NCBI RefSeq assembly: GCF_006345805.1
Contig: NC_042997.1
Coordinates: forward strand, 28,768,001-28,832,000
Reading direction: 5' to 3'
DNA length: 64,000 nucleotides
Source: Octopus sinensis
Taxonomy: Eukaryota
Numbering within the stretch: position 1 is the first letter of the stretch; the number at the start of each line of letters is the position of its first letter. Below are positions 1 through 12,400 of this stretch, piece after piece. The notes under the pieces are model-generated. The model ran no database searches and had not been told where the DNA came from. It saw only the letters and a list, made by a program, of their open reading frames with translations. Made by a program: the position numbers and the translations under genes.

Positions 1-32
1 GTCCCCCTGCAATTCATGAAATCCTAATATAC

Positions 33-453
33 AGGCGCAGGAGTGGCTGTATGGTAAGTAGCTTGCTAACCAACCACATGGTTCGGGGTTCAATCCCACT
101 GCGTGGCATCTTGGGCAAGTGTCTTCTGCTATAGCCCCGGGCCGACCAATGCCTTGTGAATGGATTTGGTAGACGGAAACTGAAAGAAGCCTCTCGTATA
201 TATGTATATATATATATGTATGTGTGTGTGTGTTTGTGTGTCAGTGTTTATCCCCCTAGCATTGCTTGACAACCGATGCTGGTGTGTCTTTACGTCCCCG
301 TCACTTAGCGGTTCGGCAAAAGAGACCGATAGAATAAGTACTGGGCTTACAAAGAATAAGTCCCGGGGTCGATTTGCTCGACTAAAGGCGGTGCTCCAGC
401 ATGGCCGCAGTCAAATGACTGAAACAAGTAAAAGAATAAAAGAGTAAAGAGTA
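33..453 (+). mobile_element. tRNA-derived SINE, family A (full length)
   Basis: Pol III A-box TGGCTGTATGG and B-box GGTTCAATCCC in the head, CCTTGGGCAAGT-like central motif, internal (TA)/(TG) tract and (AAGAGTA)n-type tail. Near-identical to the copy at 53473-53899. A relation to the octopus OK/OR SINE families is inferred. Confidence 0.9.
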
Positions 454-997
454 TACATCACACCATATCATAGAATTTTATTTTAATACTTACTATATCA
501 GTTCCAAATTTCTTTCCTACACGTGTTTCATGAGGTGCGTTTAACGTTCCCTAGATACTCAGTCTTTTTCAGAAACATGTCTTAACTGCAACCCCAATCA
601 TGAAGACTTTTCATAACTTTCTAATAATTCAATAACTCTTTCTATATATACTAATATTTTAACAGTTACGAATGTAACTAACAGGCAAATTAGCGCGTGC
701 GCAAATAAATTCGCCAAACCGTTCCGTGCAAGTCACAAATTAATTGATTAAATATTAAAAATTTACAAAATTTAATCCAAACGTGACTTATTCCTATAAA
801 CATACATATAAATTTATAATATGTAGGAATGAAGGAAATTGTAATATAAAATGAAAAGTATGTATAATAGTGATGATATAGTAAGGAAAGGACTACATGA
901 TATAGTGATGATGAAGTAAACAGTGACAAAGAAATATATATTCGAATAAAAACTATAGTTAAAAGATGACGTAAACAAATACGACTGAATGACAAAA

Positions 998-1070
<73 letters not shown>

Positions 1071-1124
1071 ATGTGTGTGCTCATGACTTAGTGTTTTGCT
1101 TTTACCACGGGTATGAGTAAGCAT

Positions 1125-1184
1125 TTATCACTGACGAAGGGAGGTTTCTTATGAACTAACCCTGAAATCGGTCCGATATGATAA
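1125..1184 (+). ncRNA. Type I hammerhead ribozyme motif, intact core
   Basis: TTATCA-CTGACGA-AGGG...CCCT-GAAA-TCGGTCCGA-TA-TGATAA. Stem I TTATCA/TGATAA, stem II AGGG/CCCT, stem III ATCG/CGAT. Predicted cleavage after AUA at 1178. Confidence 0.8.
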
Positions 1185-1663
1185 TAATGGAATATTTTAG
1201 AAATTTCTGTCAATCTTTTTTGAGTAGCGTGCGTATTGTGAAAAATTATATGGTTATGGACAAGGTGTCTAATTTCGGCATAATTGGCATTAGAAATTTT
1301 TTCGTTTGCCCTTATTTATAAGTTGTTTATATATATATATATATATATATATGTATAAAGATATATAACAAAATCTACCATGAAAAAAATTTACAAATGA
1401 TAAAATATAATAATCATAAGTTACAATGTAAAAAGTAGAGCGTAATAACGTAAAAACAACGTAACAAATGGCGTAAAATATCGTACAAAATATGTATGTT
1501 CAATCTACCATTGTATAACATGGTCATAATACGTGCTAAGTTCAGCGTAATGTCGCAAGGCTCGGCGAAGATAATTACATTACCACATACTTGCTAGGAT
1601 TTGATGAATTCCATGGGGACTTCTATCTCTAAATAGCATATATATATATATATATATATATAT

Positions 1664-2140
1664 AATCGTTTTCTAAGTAGGATCCTACACATCTCTACAA
1701 AATTAATCTCCTAATGATTTCGCTGTACTTGTAGAAAGGGCCTGGCCACTTCGTTAATGCACCATTCAAGTCACTCAAATGTAAGCATCAAAATATCTTT
1801 CATCTTTTCAAGGCATTCGAAATTATTGACCCTCAGTTTTTCCTTCAGTTTTGAAGCAACTAAAATTTACAGGGAGCAAAGTATTCAGTATAGTGTGGGT
1901 TAATTTTAATGCCCATCTCTGTCAAGTGCTTGGGGACTAGGATGGAATTGTGTACACGTTCATATTCCTGCTGCAGTTGCAACCAACCCTTAATAAGAGC
2001 TTCTTCTTTTCGCTAGGAAATCTATTCTTGAACACCCTTACAATCTTTAAGAAGTTCTCATTATTGACCGTCTGACCTGAGGAAACCCAGTGAGTATAGA
2101 TGATATCCATAGCGGCGAAGAAAGCGACCGTTATATGGTC
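1664..2140 (-). mobile_element. Degraded mariner-type transposase, C-terminal relic
   Basis: Minus-strand translation VAFFAAMDIIYTHWVSSGQTVNNENFLKIVRVFKNRF...HNSILVPKHLTEMGIKINPHYTEYFAPCKF...KLKEKLR...GSYLE follows the mariner pattern (SGQTVN, P..SPDLAPCDF, LKEKLRG, GGSYFE), with stops and frameshifts. Confidence 0.75.
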
Positions 2141-2694
2141 CCTGTTGCACCTGCATTACCTAGAGTACGTGTGTCTGTGGGGTTGGCGCATTTTATCATG
2201 CTTGTGTCTCGTAAGCAGTTTTCAACAATTAGTTCTTGTATCACCAAATTGTTTGCAAATAATCAATGTGCGTGTGTGTGTGTTTGTGTGTGTGTGCATA
2301 TGCATGTATGTATACATCGATAGATTAATGAATAGCTGGACGTATGAATGTGCTTATTTACATATATATACAAATATATACAAACATATGTATATGTGTG
2401 TATATCTATCCAAATATAAACCGACTACTAATTTAGAAGCATAAATATACGCTATATCGGCAAGATTTTAAAATCCAATTCTTACTCCAGATTTTATGTA
2501 GTAGAATAGGAAACTAATAATGAGAGAGTAAATGTTTCTCAGCCTCCACCACTCCACTGTTATATAGGCAACATTCTTGGTTATGATGACATTTTAATTT
2601 AAATTCTCTATGTGGAATTGATTTATTTGAATAGGTAGTATATCCTTTCAAAACGATGTAAGATACAAAATAATTCATTCGGTTTATATATCAA

Positions 2695-3590
2695 CTAGCT
2701 GACGTACCTGGTAAATCCCGGGAAAGTGGGTCTTATCCCTTGGTTCCGTTCTCATAATTGTTTCGATAATCCCATAACAATAATACAAAGTATGTAGCCC
2801 TTAAAACAGTTATTGTATATTTACGGAGATACCGAAATGTCTTACAGAGGATGTTGTGTTTAGTAATTCCCAATAAGTTATGAATACCCTATGTAATAAG
2901 ATGAAATTACTTGATAGTAAGAATTCAAATGAAGTAGCCCCGAAAAGGGCTTTAATGCGTTCCCAGAGTATATAGAACATAGGAGTAAATACTATTAAGG
3001 TATGTATACTAAAATCACAAAGCATGTTACGTTATAACAGGCTAATCAGATGTGAGATAACAGTTCAAAATAAATAACTCTGAAAGGAGCTTTTGTGCGT
3101 TCCAGAGGCGCAAGTGTTTCCTCAGGGGCGCTAGTGCTGTCATATTCGTGAATAATTCTCTGAACGAAATAATTGGCTCTATTGTTTAGGAAATACTATT
3201 TACTTGTTAAGGGGTGTGCTGGATAAATTGAGTAAATAACTCTGACAGTTAAAATAATAAGAAATAAGAATGCTGAATTTGATTTATAGCAAATAATTTA
3301 GTAAAATGACGGGTTGTTTCCCTTGGCTATATATAAGGATCCCATCCAGGGGCGAATGGGTATTATTTCCGTTGGTTTTAAAATAGAATATATTATATAT
3401 ATATATATATAAGGATTCCTTCCAGGGGCCTATTATCCAATTTTTCAAGAATCTGAGTATACCATGAGGTTTACAGACATGAATTCTACTCATGTATCAA
3501 GTTTCATCAAAATTGTTGAAATGATGTAGTAAGTGTTAGGTAACAACCCTGCAAACAAAAAAAGACAGAATTTCCAATATGTGTAGTAGA
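2695..3590 (-). mobile_element. Non-autonomous Helitron-like element
   Basis: Minus strand reads A|TCTACTAC...CCCGGGATTTACCAGGTACGTCAGCTAG|T: 5'-TC, 3'-CTAG, an imperfect subterminal hairpin, insertion between A and T and no TSD. The AAGTTTCATCAAAATT...AGACAGA segment near the 5' end is typical of such elements. Confidence 0.75.
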
Positions 3591-4214
3591 TATCAATAAT
3601 AAACGCTGTAGAAGTAATTGCAACAACTTTTACGAGAGAGTTGCATTTCAAATAAAACATTTTAAATCCTTTTTAATTAGAACATACAGTCATGCAAAGA
3701 GCGGCTCTATGTGAAGCATTCGTTTCATACCACAACATATACGCAGAACATTCTTCTGTAATTGCATTTATGTTGAACTGTTTATCTAGTGATTAAAGCA
3801 TTTGTATTGAGATTAAAGTTTCTTTCTACGCCAATGAGTTATAATGATATCCAGATAAGTTTTCTGTGAAACTTCGTGATATGCTTGAAATCGAGTAATG
3901 TGCACAGATTAATGTGACAAAAATAACTATAAGAAGGGGAAAGTATGGGGAAAGTAGCCAAGATTTCTTTTCTTTTTTACATTTCCGCCTATTTGCTGTG
4001 GAAAATTCTATATATCTCTCTCCTTCTCGTTGAACACTCACAAACATGTTTAGATCAACACCTAGACATACATATATACGTACATGTGTGTGTATGTGAG
4101 TGAGTGTATGAGTGTATATGTTTGAATGTGTAACGTAAGCATGCATGAATGACCGACATTTACTATATTTCGCCTTGGTGACAGAAAAAATAATAAATGA
4201 GATTATTTCACTTT

Positions 4215-4282
<68 letters not shown>

Positions 4283-5099
4283 AATTACACTGATTTTGAC
4301 CACATCTGCAATGCAGCGAGATGGGGACACTTATTGAGTACTAATTCTATTGAACGTTTCTTTTTACGGTGTGGTTTAGATTAAACAATTATGATTCGGT
4401 AGAGACGTAGCATAAAAGGTATCATACTGCGTTGATGACTGGTTAATTACGCTGAACAAGTATCTCATTGCTTTCGCACGATACTTGATGATTCCGATAA
4501 GTTAGCTTGACTTCCCGGTGTGTAGAGTGATATATATGTATTCCAAATGTTACGCTTGACTTATTAATTTGAAAGAAATAGGTCAGCATTTTAGCTCAGA
4601 TCAGAGACTGTACCCCTCAGAAGAGATGTAATTTTCTTGCTTCCTTTCTAATTATATAGTGAAACACGTCAAGCGAATGATGAAGAATATATACCACATG
4701 GTTATCAGCTGGTATATGTTATCATTTTCTTATTCTTAGTTTAAAATTTATTGGATTATTTAACGATTGATATTCTTGTAGGTGTAAAGTGTGGCTCAGT
4801 CAGTTGTTTACCCCGTATTCTTCTCAATTATTTGATCTCACAAATTTATATTTATTCTTGCCGAGACATAATCATAGACTTATAGCTGCAATTGTTTCGA
4901 ATTCCTTTGAACTACATCAAATCCAAACTATTATCAAAATACGTTCTCGACAAGGCACTGCCTTCTTAAGAAAAATGCATACGTTGGAAAGCATAGCCCA
5001 TAATACTCAAAGACATGATATGATCACAAATTGAGAATCTTTTATTAAAGGCTCTGAACTTACTTGGTCGTCAATAACAAAGCAAGTTCTCTTCTCTTT

Positions 5100-5580
5100 A
5101 ATACTTCAAAATACTTAAAACTCCACCAATTATTTCACATCAAATCATAAGAAAAACAAGCACTGGATGAAGTGCTGCTAATATAACTTCAGAAATCCTT
5201 GGATATCAAAATATAAAAAAGACCCTACTTATTGACATAAAGCCCTCCCGAACCTGCCTACCCCTCAACCAAAAGTATTTGCAGGTGCACATATGTTCTC
5301 TCACCCCGTCCCTGCCATTTCTAACCTTACAAGTGTTACATCTGCCTCTTCAAATTTATTCCACTTCCACATAATCATTCCAAAATTTCTACCTTTCTCA
5401 TTTTCTTCACACATAATGTGTGTCCCTTAAATCTGGCCCCACACGATCTTTGACGCATAGGCCTTTCTATTTGCAACGTCGGTCATCTAGAATTCCCTTA
5501 GTGCATATTCCCTTCGTGTAACCTTCAGATATCAAGAGACATATTACCCACTTCAATCTCTTCGGTCTCCAAGCGCCTAC
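5100..5580 (-). pseudogene. Possible L1/Tx1-like LINE C-terminal (zinc-binding) relic
   Basis: Frameshifted minus-strand reading MWKWNKF..GRCNTCK...VREHMCTCKYFW resembles the C-x2-C..EH..C..FW motif that follows RT in L1-clade elements. Heavily decayed. Confidence 0.35.
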
Positions 5581-7974
5581 AAAGTGAAAGACGCATTCTT
5601 TTTCAACAGAAAATACAATTGGCAAAACAAATTCAAATATCAAAAGAAATCGAGTAACACCATAAAGTAAAAACGTAAAATAAATCTTCGATGATACAGT
5701 GAATTAACCCTCGAATAACAAATATTTCAACTGAAGTAAACGTCTGTTAATTGGCAGGAAAATCTATTTTACTGTTCGAAATAGTTTCCAAAATTTATTC
5801 TGATAATATGCTGATTGCAAATTTCACCGATTGCAATTTTAATTTCAGCGTACCGAGTTCTGAAAACACTGCCAGTTTAGAACATACGTTCAATAGGAGG
5901 ACTTCCAACAGGCCTTAAAATATATGACATGACCTTGCACATGTTTTAGAAATCAATATTCAAATCTGTTATAATATAATTTGGATCAAATATCCCAGGG
6001 TTAATTAAATAACGACCGGCTTCATTTTTCTAATAGCAATGTTTGTATTAGATTGAAAATGTCAGTTTACTAAGCACATTAGAATGACTGTATTGTACAT
6101 CAACTCGCTAGTGTTCAGTTGAATATGTAATACAGTCCTAGTTAAATATCTATAGTTTTTAATCCTTAGCTCCATTCATTCTGATAGATAACAACTTTGT
6201 GCAAAGTATTTCGATAATCATCTAGCTAGAGTTACTAGCAATTTGTATATATACTTGATTGGCATACATGATAACTGCTTTTGAAAATATTACACAATAA
6301 GTTGCTGTGCTAATTATGTAGCATTTCAGGTAGATATTCCCGAAGAAAGTCTATGGGAATACTTTATTAGAAATAAAAGTGTAAATCGGTAACATTATGA
6401 TGGTATTAAATGTGTTGTACCTAGTTGAAAGCGCGACGAACTTTTGGCCTAGCTGTTTTGATCAATGAGCACATAGAAAACAGAACTCATAAAAAGAAAT
6501 AGTATGTTTGTGTACTAAAATCTTAATCATTAATTCCTGCTCACTGAAATAAATTTCAATTAGGATAATGAATAAAGAAAACTTTGTATAAATACATCGG
6601 AAGCTTACAAAAACGTAAAAAAAAATGAGTGTGCCTATGCATGACTGGGTTTATGTGAGTGTGCATGAATGCGTATGGGTATGTGCTTATGTGTGTTTGA
6701 GTGCGTGTGGATGAGTGTGCGTGTGCGTATGTGTGTATGAGTGTGTGCGTGTGTGTGGTATATGCAATTGTTAACACACGTGTGTAGGTCTCTATGTGTA
6801 TTCATCTATGCATGTAATTTCAGCTACACACGTATAGGCCAGAATGAATGAGGGAAGAGTACAAGGTAAAAAAGTTGACGACGGTAAGGAAAAACTAGTA
6901 AACAATGTAAACACTTACCTCTTAATTCAATAATTACGCTGCAGAAAATTTTCTGTTACGCTTTAGGGAAATAAGAGCAAGTGTTAGTCCGCGTGGAAGA
7001 TTTATGGAAACTACTTGTTGCGTAGTAATGCAATTACAACGTTGCTGGAACTCGGGTAGGATTATTTCGTGTCTTTGAGGAAGCATACGATAAATAGATA
7101 GGGATACACAAGAGGTAGCGGGGATGGAAAAGAAAAATAACAGATAAACAGTAATAAAGAAAGCAAGGTGGAAAACACTGAGCACAGCTGATTGATAGAA
7201 GAGAATTCGCTATGTAAACGTGTTGTTCAAGACACTTCCCCTTCTCACACAGACATTAAATGGTTTCACGGAACAATATGTATTTTAACAATTCATTTAG
7301 AATGGGAAAAACAGAGAATGCGATTACTTCGAAAATTACAAAACACCTATACAACTTTATTCATTCCTCTTTCTTTCTACATATCACTTTCTTTATTTCT
7401 CATTTCCATTCGCTCTTTCTTAGGTACGCACTCTAACTTTCTGTCATTTTCTCGCCCACTCTTACTTACTGGATTCGACCCACCCATCTATGTATCTTCC
7501 TTTCAGTTATCCTACTAACTGCTTATATTCTTTCATATTTTACCTCTCTTTTTATCACTCTCTATTTTTGCTAACTGAATTTTTGCTTTATGAATCTATC
7601 ACTTTGTCACGAGAATTCTTTCCTTCACTCACTCCCTAATATAATATTTCGATATATCATTTCGCTCAAGTTTATGCCATATGACATTCTCTCTATCTTT
7701 CATCTATAAATTTGCTCATTCAGCATTCTCAGTTGCACTCTTCCTCCTCCTTCATTAATTCAGAATATGTGTGCGACTCATCCTCTCTCTCTCCTCCTCT
7801 TGCATTCTACCCAGCTGTGTGTGTGTATCTGAATGTTACTGCGTATATATGTGTTTGTGTAGCAGAAACCAACGCTTAGTCTTTTATTAGGCAGAATACT
7901 AAATATCTAAAAGTGTAGTAGTGCTCTAAATGAGATAATGAGATATGACTATACGTGTGAATATGCCTGAGTGA

Positions 7975-8016
<42 letters not shown>

Positions 8017-8039
8017 GTATAAAAATATATATCTATATA

Positions 8040-8137
8040 TGTATGTATATACATATAAATGTATATATATATATATTTATATGTATGTGTGTGTGTTTAC
8101 ACATGTATAAGTATGAATATATATATATATATATATA

Positions 8138-8188
<51 letters not shown>

Positions 8189-8294
8189 GGCGTGTGTCTA
8201 CGTATGTGTGTATATATAAAATATCTATAATATATACATATATACACATACTCCCGCGCGGGCACACAAACACGCAAACACACGCACACACGTT

Positions 8295-8342
<48 letters not shown>

Positions 8343-8518
8343 TTCATAAATATGTATAAATATGTAAACTTATTCGTATATTCTATCATTCGTGTTCGCT
8401 ATGCGTCTACTGTGATATTCTACAGGAGCACTACTGTGATTTTATACTTTTAAATATCAATTTTGTTCGGTTGATTCCTTCAGTTGTGTGATTTCGTATG
8501 TCTATCAATGCATACCTG

Positions 8519-8611
<93 letters not shown>

Positions 8612-8795
8612 TTAATATATATACAGTATATATATGTGCAGCCAAAAGAGAGATGTTAGATCTATACCATCCACCGCATGATTTGTCGTTCACTCTCACT
8701 ACGTGACATCTCCGCCAAGGCTTATCTTCAATAACCTTGGGCCGACTAAAACTTGGTGCGTGTATCTGTTACACAGAAATTAAAAGAAGATCGCC

Positions 8796-8842
<47 letters not shown>

Positions 8843-8953
8843 CATATATATATACATATATATAAATATATACATATATATATACATACATATATATATA
8901 CATATATTTATATACATATAATAACATATATATATACATATATATATATATAC

Positions 8954-8990
<37 letters not shown>

Positions 8991-8992
8991 AC

Positions 8993-9027
<35 letters not shown>

Positions 9028-9028
9028 C

Positions 9029-9073
<45 letters not shown>

Positions 9074-9130
9074 TACATATATACATACATACATGTATAA
9101 TATATATATTATATATATATATATATATAT
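8040..9130. repeat. Compound microsatellite fields ((TA)n, (TG)n, (TATC)n, (TACA)-interrupted TA); representative of dozens across the window
   Basis: Directly visible. These tracts explain the YI/CV/HT/LSIY/MYVC ORFs in the track. Confidence 0.97.
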
Positions 9131-9848
9131 GCATGTATAAAGATAGGTAAATGATAGATATAGATATACATACATACACACAAAAATATGTATACATAAA
9201 AATATATTTGAGAACGATATTTCTAAAAGTAATATCTTTGTCGACGCTACCTGAAGCCGTACAGTCAAGTGAATGAAATATAGAAATAGGGTACTACATA
9301 AGCACCTGATTCGCTAAAAATAAAAGTCAAAGCAACAGAAGAATCATGAAATTAACGCAAGAATAGCATCCTACCTCCGCCAACAATGCAAGAGTAATGC
9401 CGGTTAATTTGATATCATTATTTCGAATTTAGCGCCAACGCGGCCTAATTCTCTTAGTCAAATCTGCCAGTGACGGCTAATAGAATTTGCCCCCACCATA
9501 TTTTTAAATTCTCGTGTGGCACGAATACTATTAAAACAAACGAAATGCGTGAAATTATTTAAAAATAAATACGGGTACGACATTTCTAAAAATATCATTG
9601 GTCCACTTGAGCCATGCATTTACCTTCATATTTATATATACATATTATATGTGGGCGTGTGTGCATTTATTTGTATATATATGTATGCATACATATTTGC
9701 GTATAACAATGATGTGCGTGTGTGCATATATATATATATATATATATAACGGGAAGCTTTATGAAATTAAACAAAAGACGAAGGCAGGTGGAAAACAAAC
9801 GAACAATTGTATTAGTATGGCGCTCAGGAAATATAAATACAAAACAAG

Positions 9849-9886
9849 TCTTTAACGTTTCGAGCCTACTCTCTTCAACAGAAAGA
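9849..9886 (-). ncRNA. Minimal hammerhead motif in PLE 3' terminal repeat (CUGUUGA core variant)
   Basis: Minus strand TCTTT-CTGTTGA-A-GAG(AGTAGG)CTC-GAAA-CG-TT-AAAGA, with palindromic AACGTT in place of stem III. PLE terminal repeats are known to carry minimal HHRs. Confidence 0.7.
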
Positions 9887-10059
9887 TACACAGAGAGAGA
9901 AAACACAGAAAGAAGGAGAGAAAAAAAAATGGGTGCAGTAGCTAACGAATCAACATGGCGGTCTGATTTCGGCCAGAGGTCAAAGATCGAACATGAGACG
10001 CGAGAGCGAAATAAGGGGAGATAATAGGGTTGATAAAAGGGTTGAGGACCAGCTAAAGT

Positions 10060-10390
10060 GTGCGTGGGAGGGGTCTGGATGTGTGTATGTATAGGGTTGT
10101 GTATGTATTAGTATGTATAAGGGTGTGTGTGTGTGTGTGTGTGTGTGTATGAGAGAGTTTAGTGCGTAAGATTGGTCTGGACGTGCGTATGTATGGGGTT
10201 GGTGTATGTTTAGTATGTATTAGTATGTATTAGTACGTATTGGTATGTATAGTGTGTGTGTGTTGTATGAGAGAGTATAAGTGCGTATGCGGGGTCTGGA
10301 CGTGTGTATGTATAGGGTTGGTGTAAGTATTAGTATGTACTAGTATGTATTAGTACGTATTAGTATGTATTAGTTGGTGTGTGTATTAGT
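10060..10390. repeat. Three diverged ~110-120 bp tandem units in the PLE 3' region
   Basis: GTGCGT...GGTCTGGA(T/C)GTG(T/C)GTATGTAT..GGGTT recurs near 10060, 10161 and 10281. Confidence 0.8.
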
Positions 10391-10849
10391 ATGGCACATC
10401 ATATGTGATGTGATGTGTAAAGTCATGTGGTGTAGTGAGGAGAAGAGGGGGAGGGGAGAAGAGAGGGGGAAGGGGGGAGATAAGGGGGGGAGATAGAGGG
10501 GGGAGAAGAGGGGGAGGAGAAGGGGGAGAGGAGAGGATGGGGGAGAAGAAGGGGATGAGGGGAATGAAGGAGGAAAGAGGGAGAGGGGGAGAGAGAAGAA
10601 GAGAGAGGGAGTGAGGGAGAGAAGAGAAGGAGGAAAGAGGGAGAGGGGGAGAGAGAAGGGGGAGAGAGGGAGTAAGGGAGCAGAGGGAAGGGGAAGAGGG
10701 AGGGAGAAAGAGGGAAAAGAGGGAAGGGGAGTAGGGGGTGAAAGGATGAAGGACTGAAGAAGTAGGGTAGGGGGGGGGAGAAAGGATAGGTGAGGAGGGG
10801 GGTGAGGTTAGATGAGGAGCTGGGGAGAGATGAGACCAAATGGCGTATA

Positions 10850-11130
10850 AGAGCGAAGAGGGAAGATTATATTCCTGTTCACGGCGCAAACGGGAATCCG
10901 GATTGCCTCTGTGTAAGGACAAACCGAACACAGATAGGTGTTGCAAGGAGTGACCGGTGGAGCGGAAATGGCGTGAGACCGGTGTGTCGTTCGCAAGGTG
11001 GATGTCACGAAGGTGTTCCGCGAACCGGTCAGCAAGCGGCGTCCCGTTTGTCCGATGTACAAGGAATTGCAGAGAGAGCAAGAGATGCAATAGATAATAT
11101 TGCTGGAGGTGCAGGTGAAGGAGTGGATGA
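10850..11130 (-). pseudogene. PLE GIY-YIG endonuclease domain
   Basis: TCTSSNIIYCISCSLCNSLYIGQTGRRL, then (frameshift) ADRFAEHLRDIHLANDTPVSRHFRSTGHS...RLRREQE. Confidence 0.88.
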
Positions 11131-11818
11131 TGGGATAGGTCGATGGTGGGTGCTAGTGAGGCGGGTGGTGTTGGAGAGGTAGGGTGCAAGTGCGGCAACG
11201 TGGGCGCGGAGCAGGGGAACGAGCCGGGTTGGGAGGTAGGGTCAGGGAAGGAGCTATGCACCAAAAGGTCTCGAAGGTTGTGGGCTCGTTTGAAAGAGGG
11301 GAGGGGTCGGTTAGGTGAAGAGGTGTGAAGTGGACGGGTCGGACTGGAGATGACGGAAAGCTCGAAGAATGGTGCGTTGGTGACGTAGGGTCGTGGGGTG
11401 GTAAGTGAGGGGAAAAGGGAGGCGGGAGACTACAGGGGGGTTCGGGAGAAGAGAGCAGATACACGGTCCACGGACCGTGCTCTGGCAAGGGCGGTGTGGA
11501 TAGTGGTGAGGGGGTATCCACGTAGGGTGAAGTGGTGAGCCATACGTTGAGACTGAGTCTCAAAGTCATGGTCGTCACTACAGAGCCTACGTAGACGGAG
11601 GAATTGGGAATAGGGGATGGAAAGCTTGGTGTGTCTGGGTGGGAGGAAGAGAAGTTGAGGTATGAGTGTGAGTCTGTGTGTTTGTAGTGAATGGAGGTGG
11701 TAAGAGTGGAGTGAAGAATTGCTAACCGAAATGTCGAGGAAGGAGACAGAGGTGTTGGAGATAGTGGAAGTGAAGTGGAGGGCTGGATGGAAAGATTGGA
11801 CGAAAGAGAGGAAGGAAT

Positions 11819-12400
11819 CTAGATGTTCGCGGGAGAGTGAGGTGGCACCGATAATGTCGTCAATATAACGACCATATAGTTCAGGAGTGGGACCAGTGAA
11901 ATTAGAGAATATTTGGGCCTCACATAGCCAACGAACAGGTTCGCATAGTTGGGGCCCATTCGCGTTCCCATGGCCACTCCCGAGACCTGATGGTAGAACT
12001 CGCCCGCGAACGAGAAGCAGTTCAGAGTGAGGACAAGTTCGGCCAGACGAATGAGTGTGGAGGTGTCAGGTACAGGGTTAGAGCGGAGGTCAAGAAAGTG
12101 TCGAAGGGCCTGCAGTCCTTCGTGGTGAGGGATAACAGTATAGAGGCTTTGGATGTCCATAGTAAAAAGGATTTTGGAGGAGCCGGGAGGAAAGGAGAAA
12201 GAGTTGAAAAGCCGGAGAGCATGGTTGGTATCGTGGATGTGGGAGGGAAGAGATGCCACTAGGGGGGCAAGGACACGGTCGAGGTATTTAGAGATGAGCT
12301 CCGTGGGGCAGTTACAGGCGGAGACGATGGGGCGGCCAGGGTTGTTGAGTTTGTGGATTTTGGGGAGGAAGTAAATGGTGGGGGTACGTGGGGTTCGCAC
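11819..12400 (-). pseudogene. PLE reverse transcriptase domain (largest intact frame fragment)
   Basis: Track ORF RTPRTPTIYFLPKIHKLNNPGRPIVSACNCPTELISKYLD...GTRMGPNYANLFVGYV. The YIDD motif lies in another frame after a frameshift. Confidence 0.9.

Noticed and set aside
500-575. Minus-strand GAAA-CACGTG-TA with palindromic stem III
   Set aside because: The upstream core reads CTGAAAA and stems I and II do not pair convincingly; at best a dead relic.
4545-4680. GAAACACGTCAAGCG with an upstream CGCTTGAC inverted match
   Set aside because: No CUGANGA core after the putative stem I.
8059-9268. Long ORFs rich in YI, CV, HT, LSIY or MYVC here and across the window
   Set aside because: They are translations of stop-free microsatellites, not genes.
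10386-11264. 292-aa Pro/Ser/Leu-rich ORF
   Set aside because: An alternative-frame and low-complexity read-through across the PLE endonuclease and the purine tract; only a short part is in the true EN frame.
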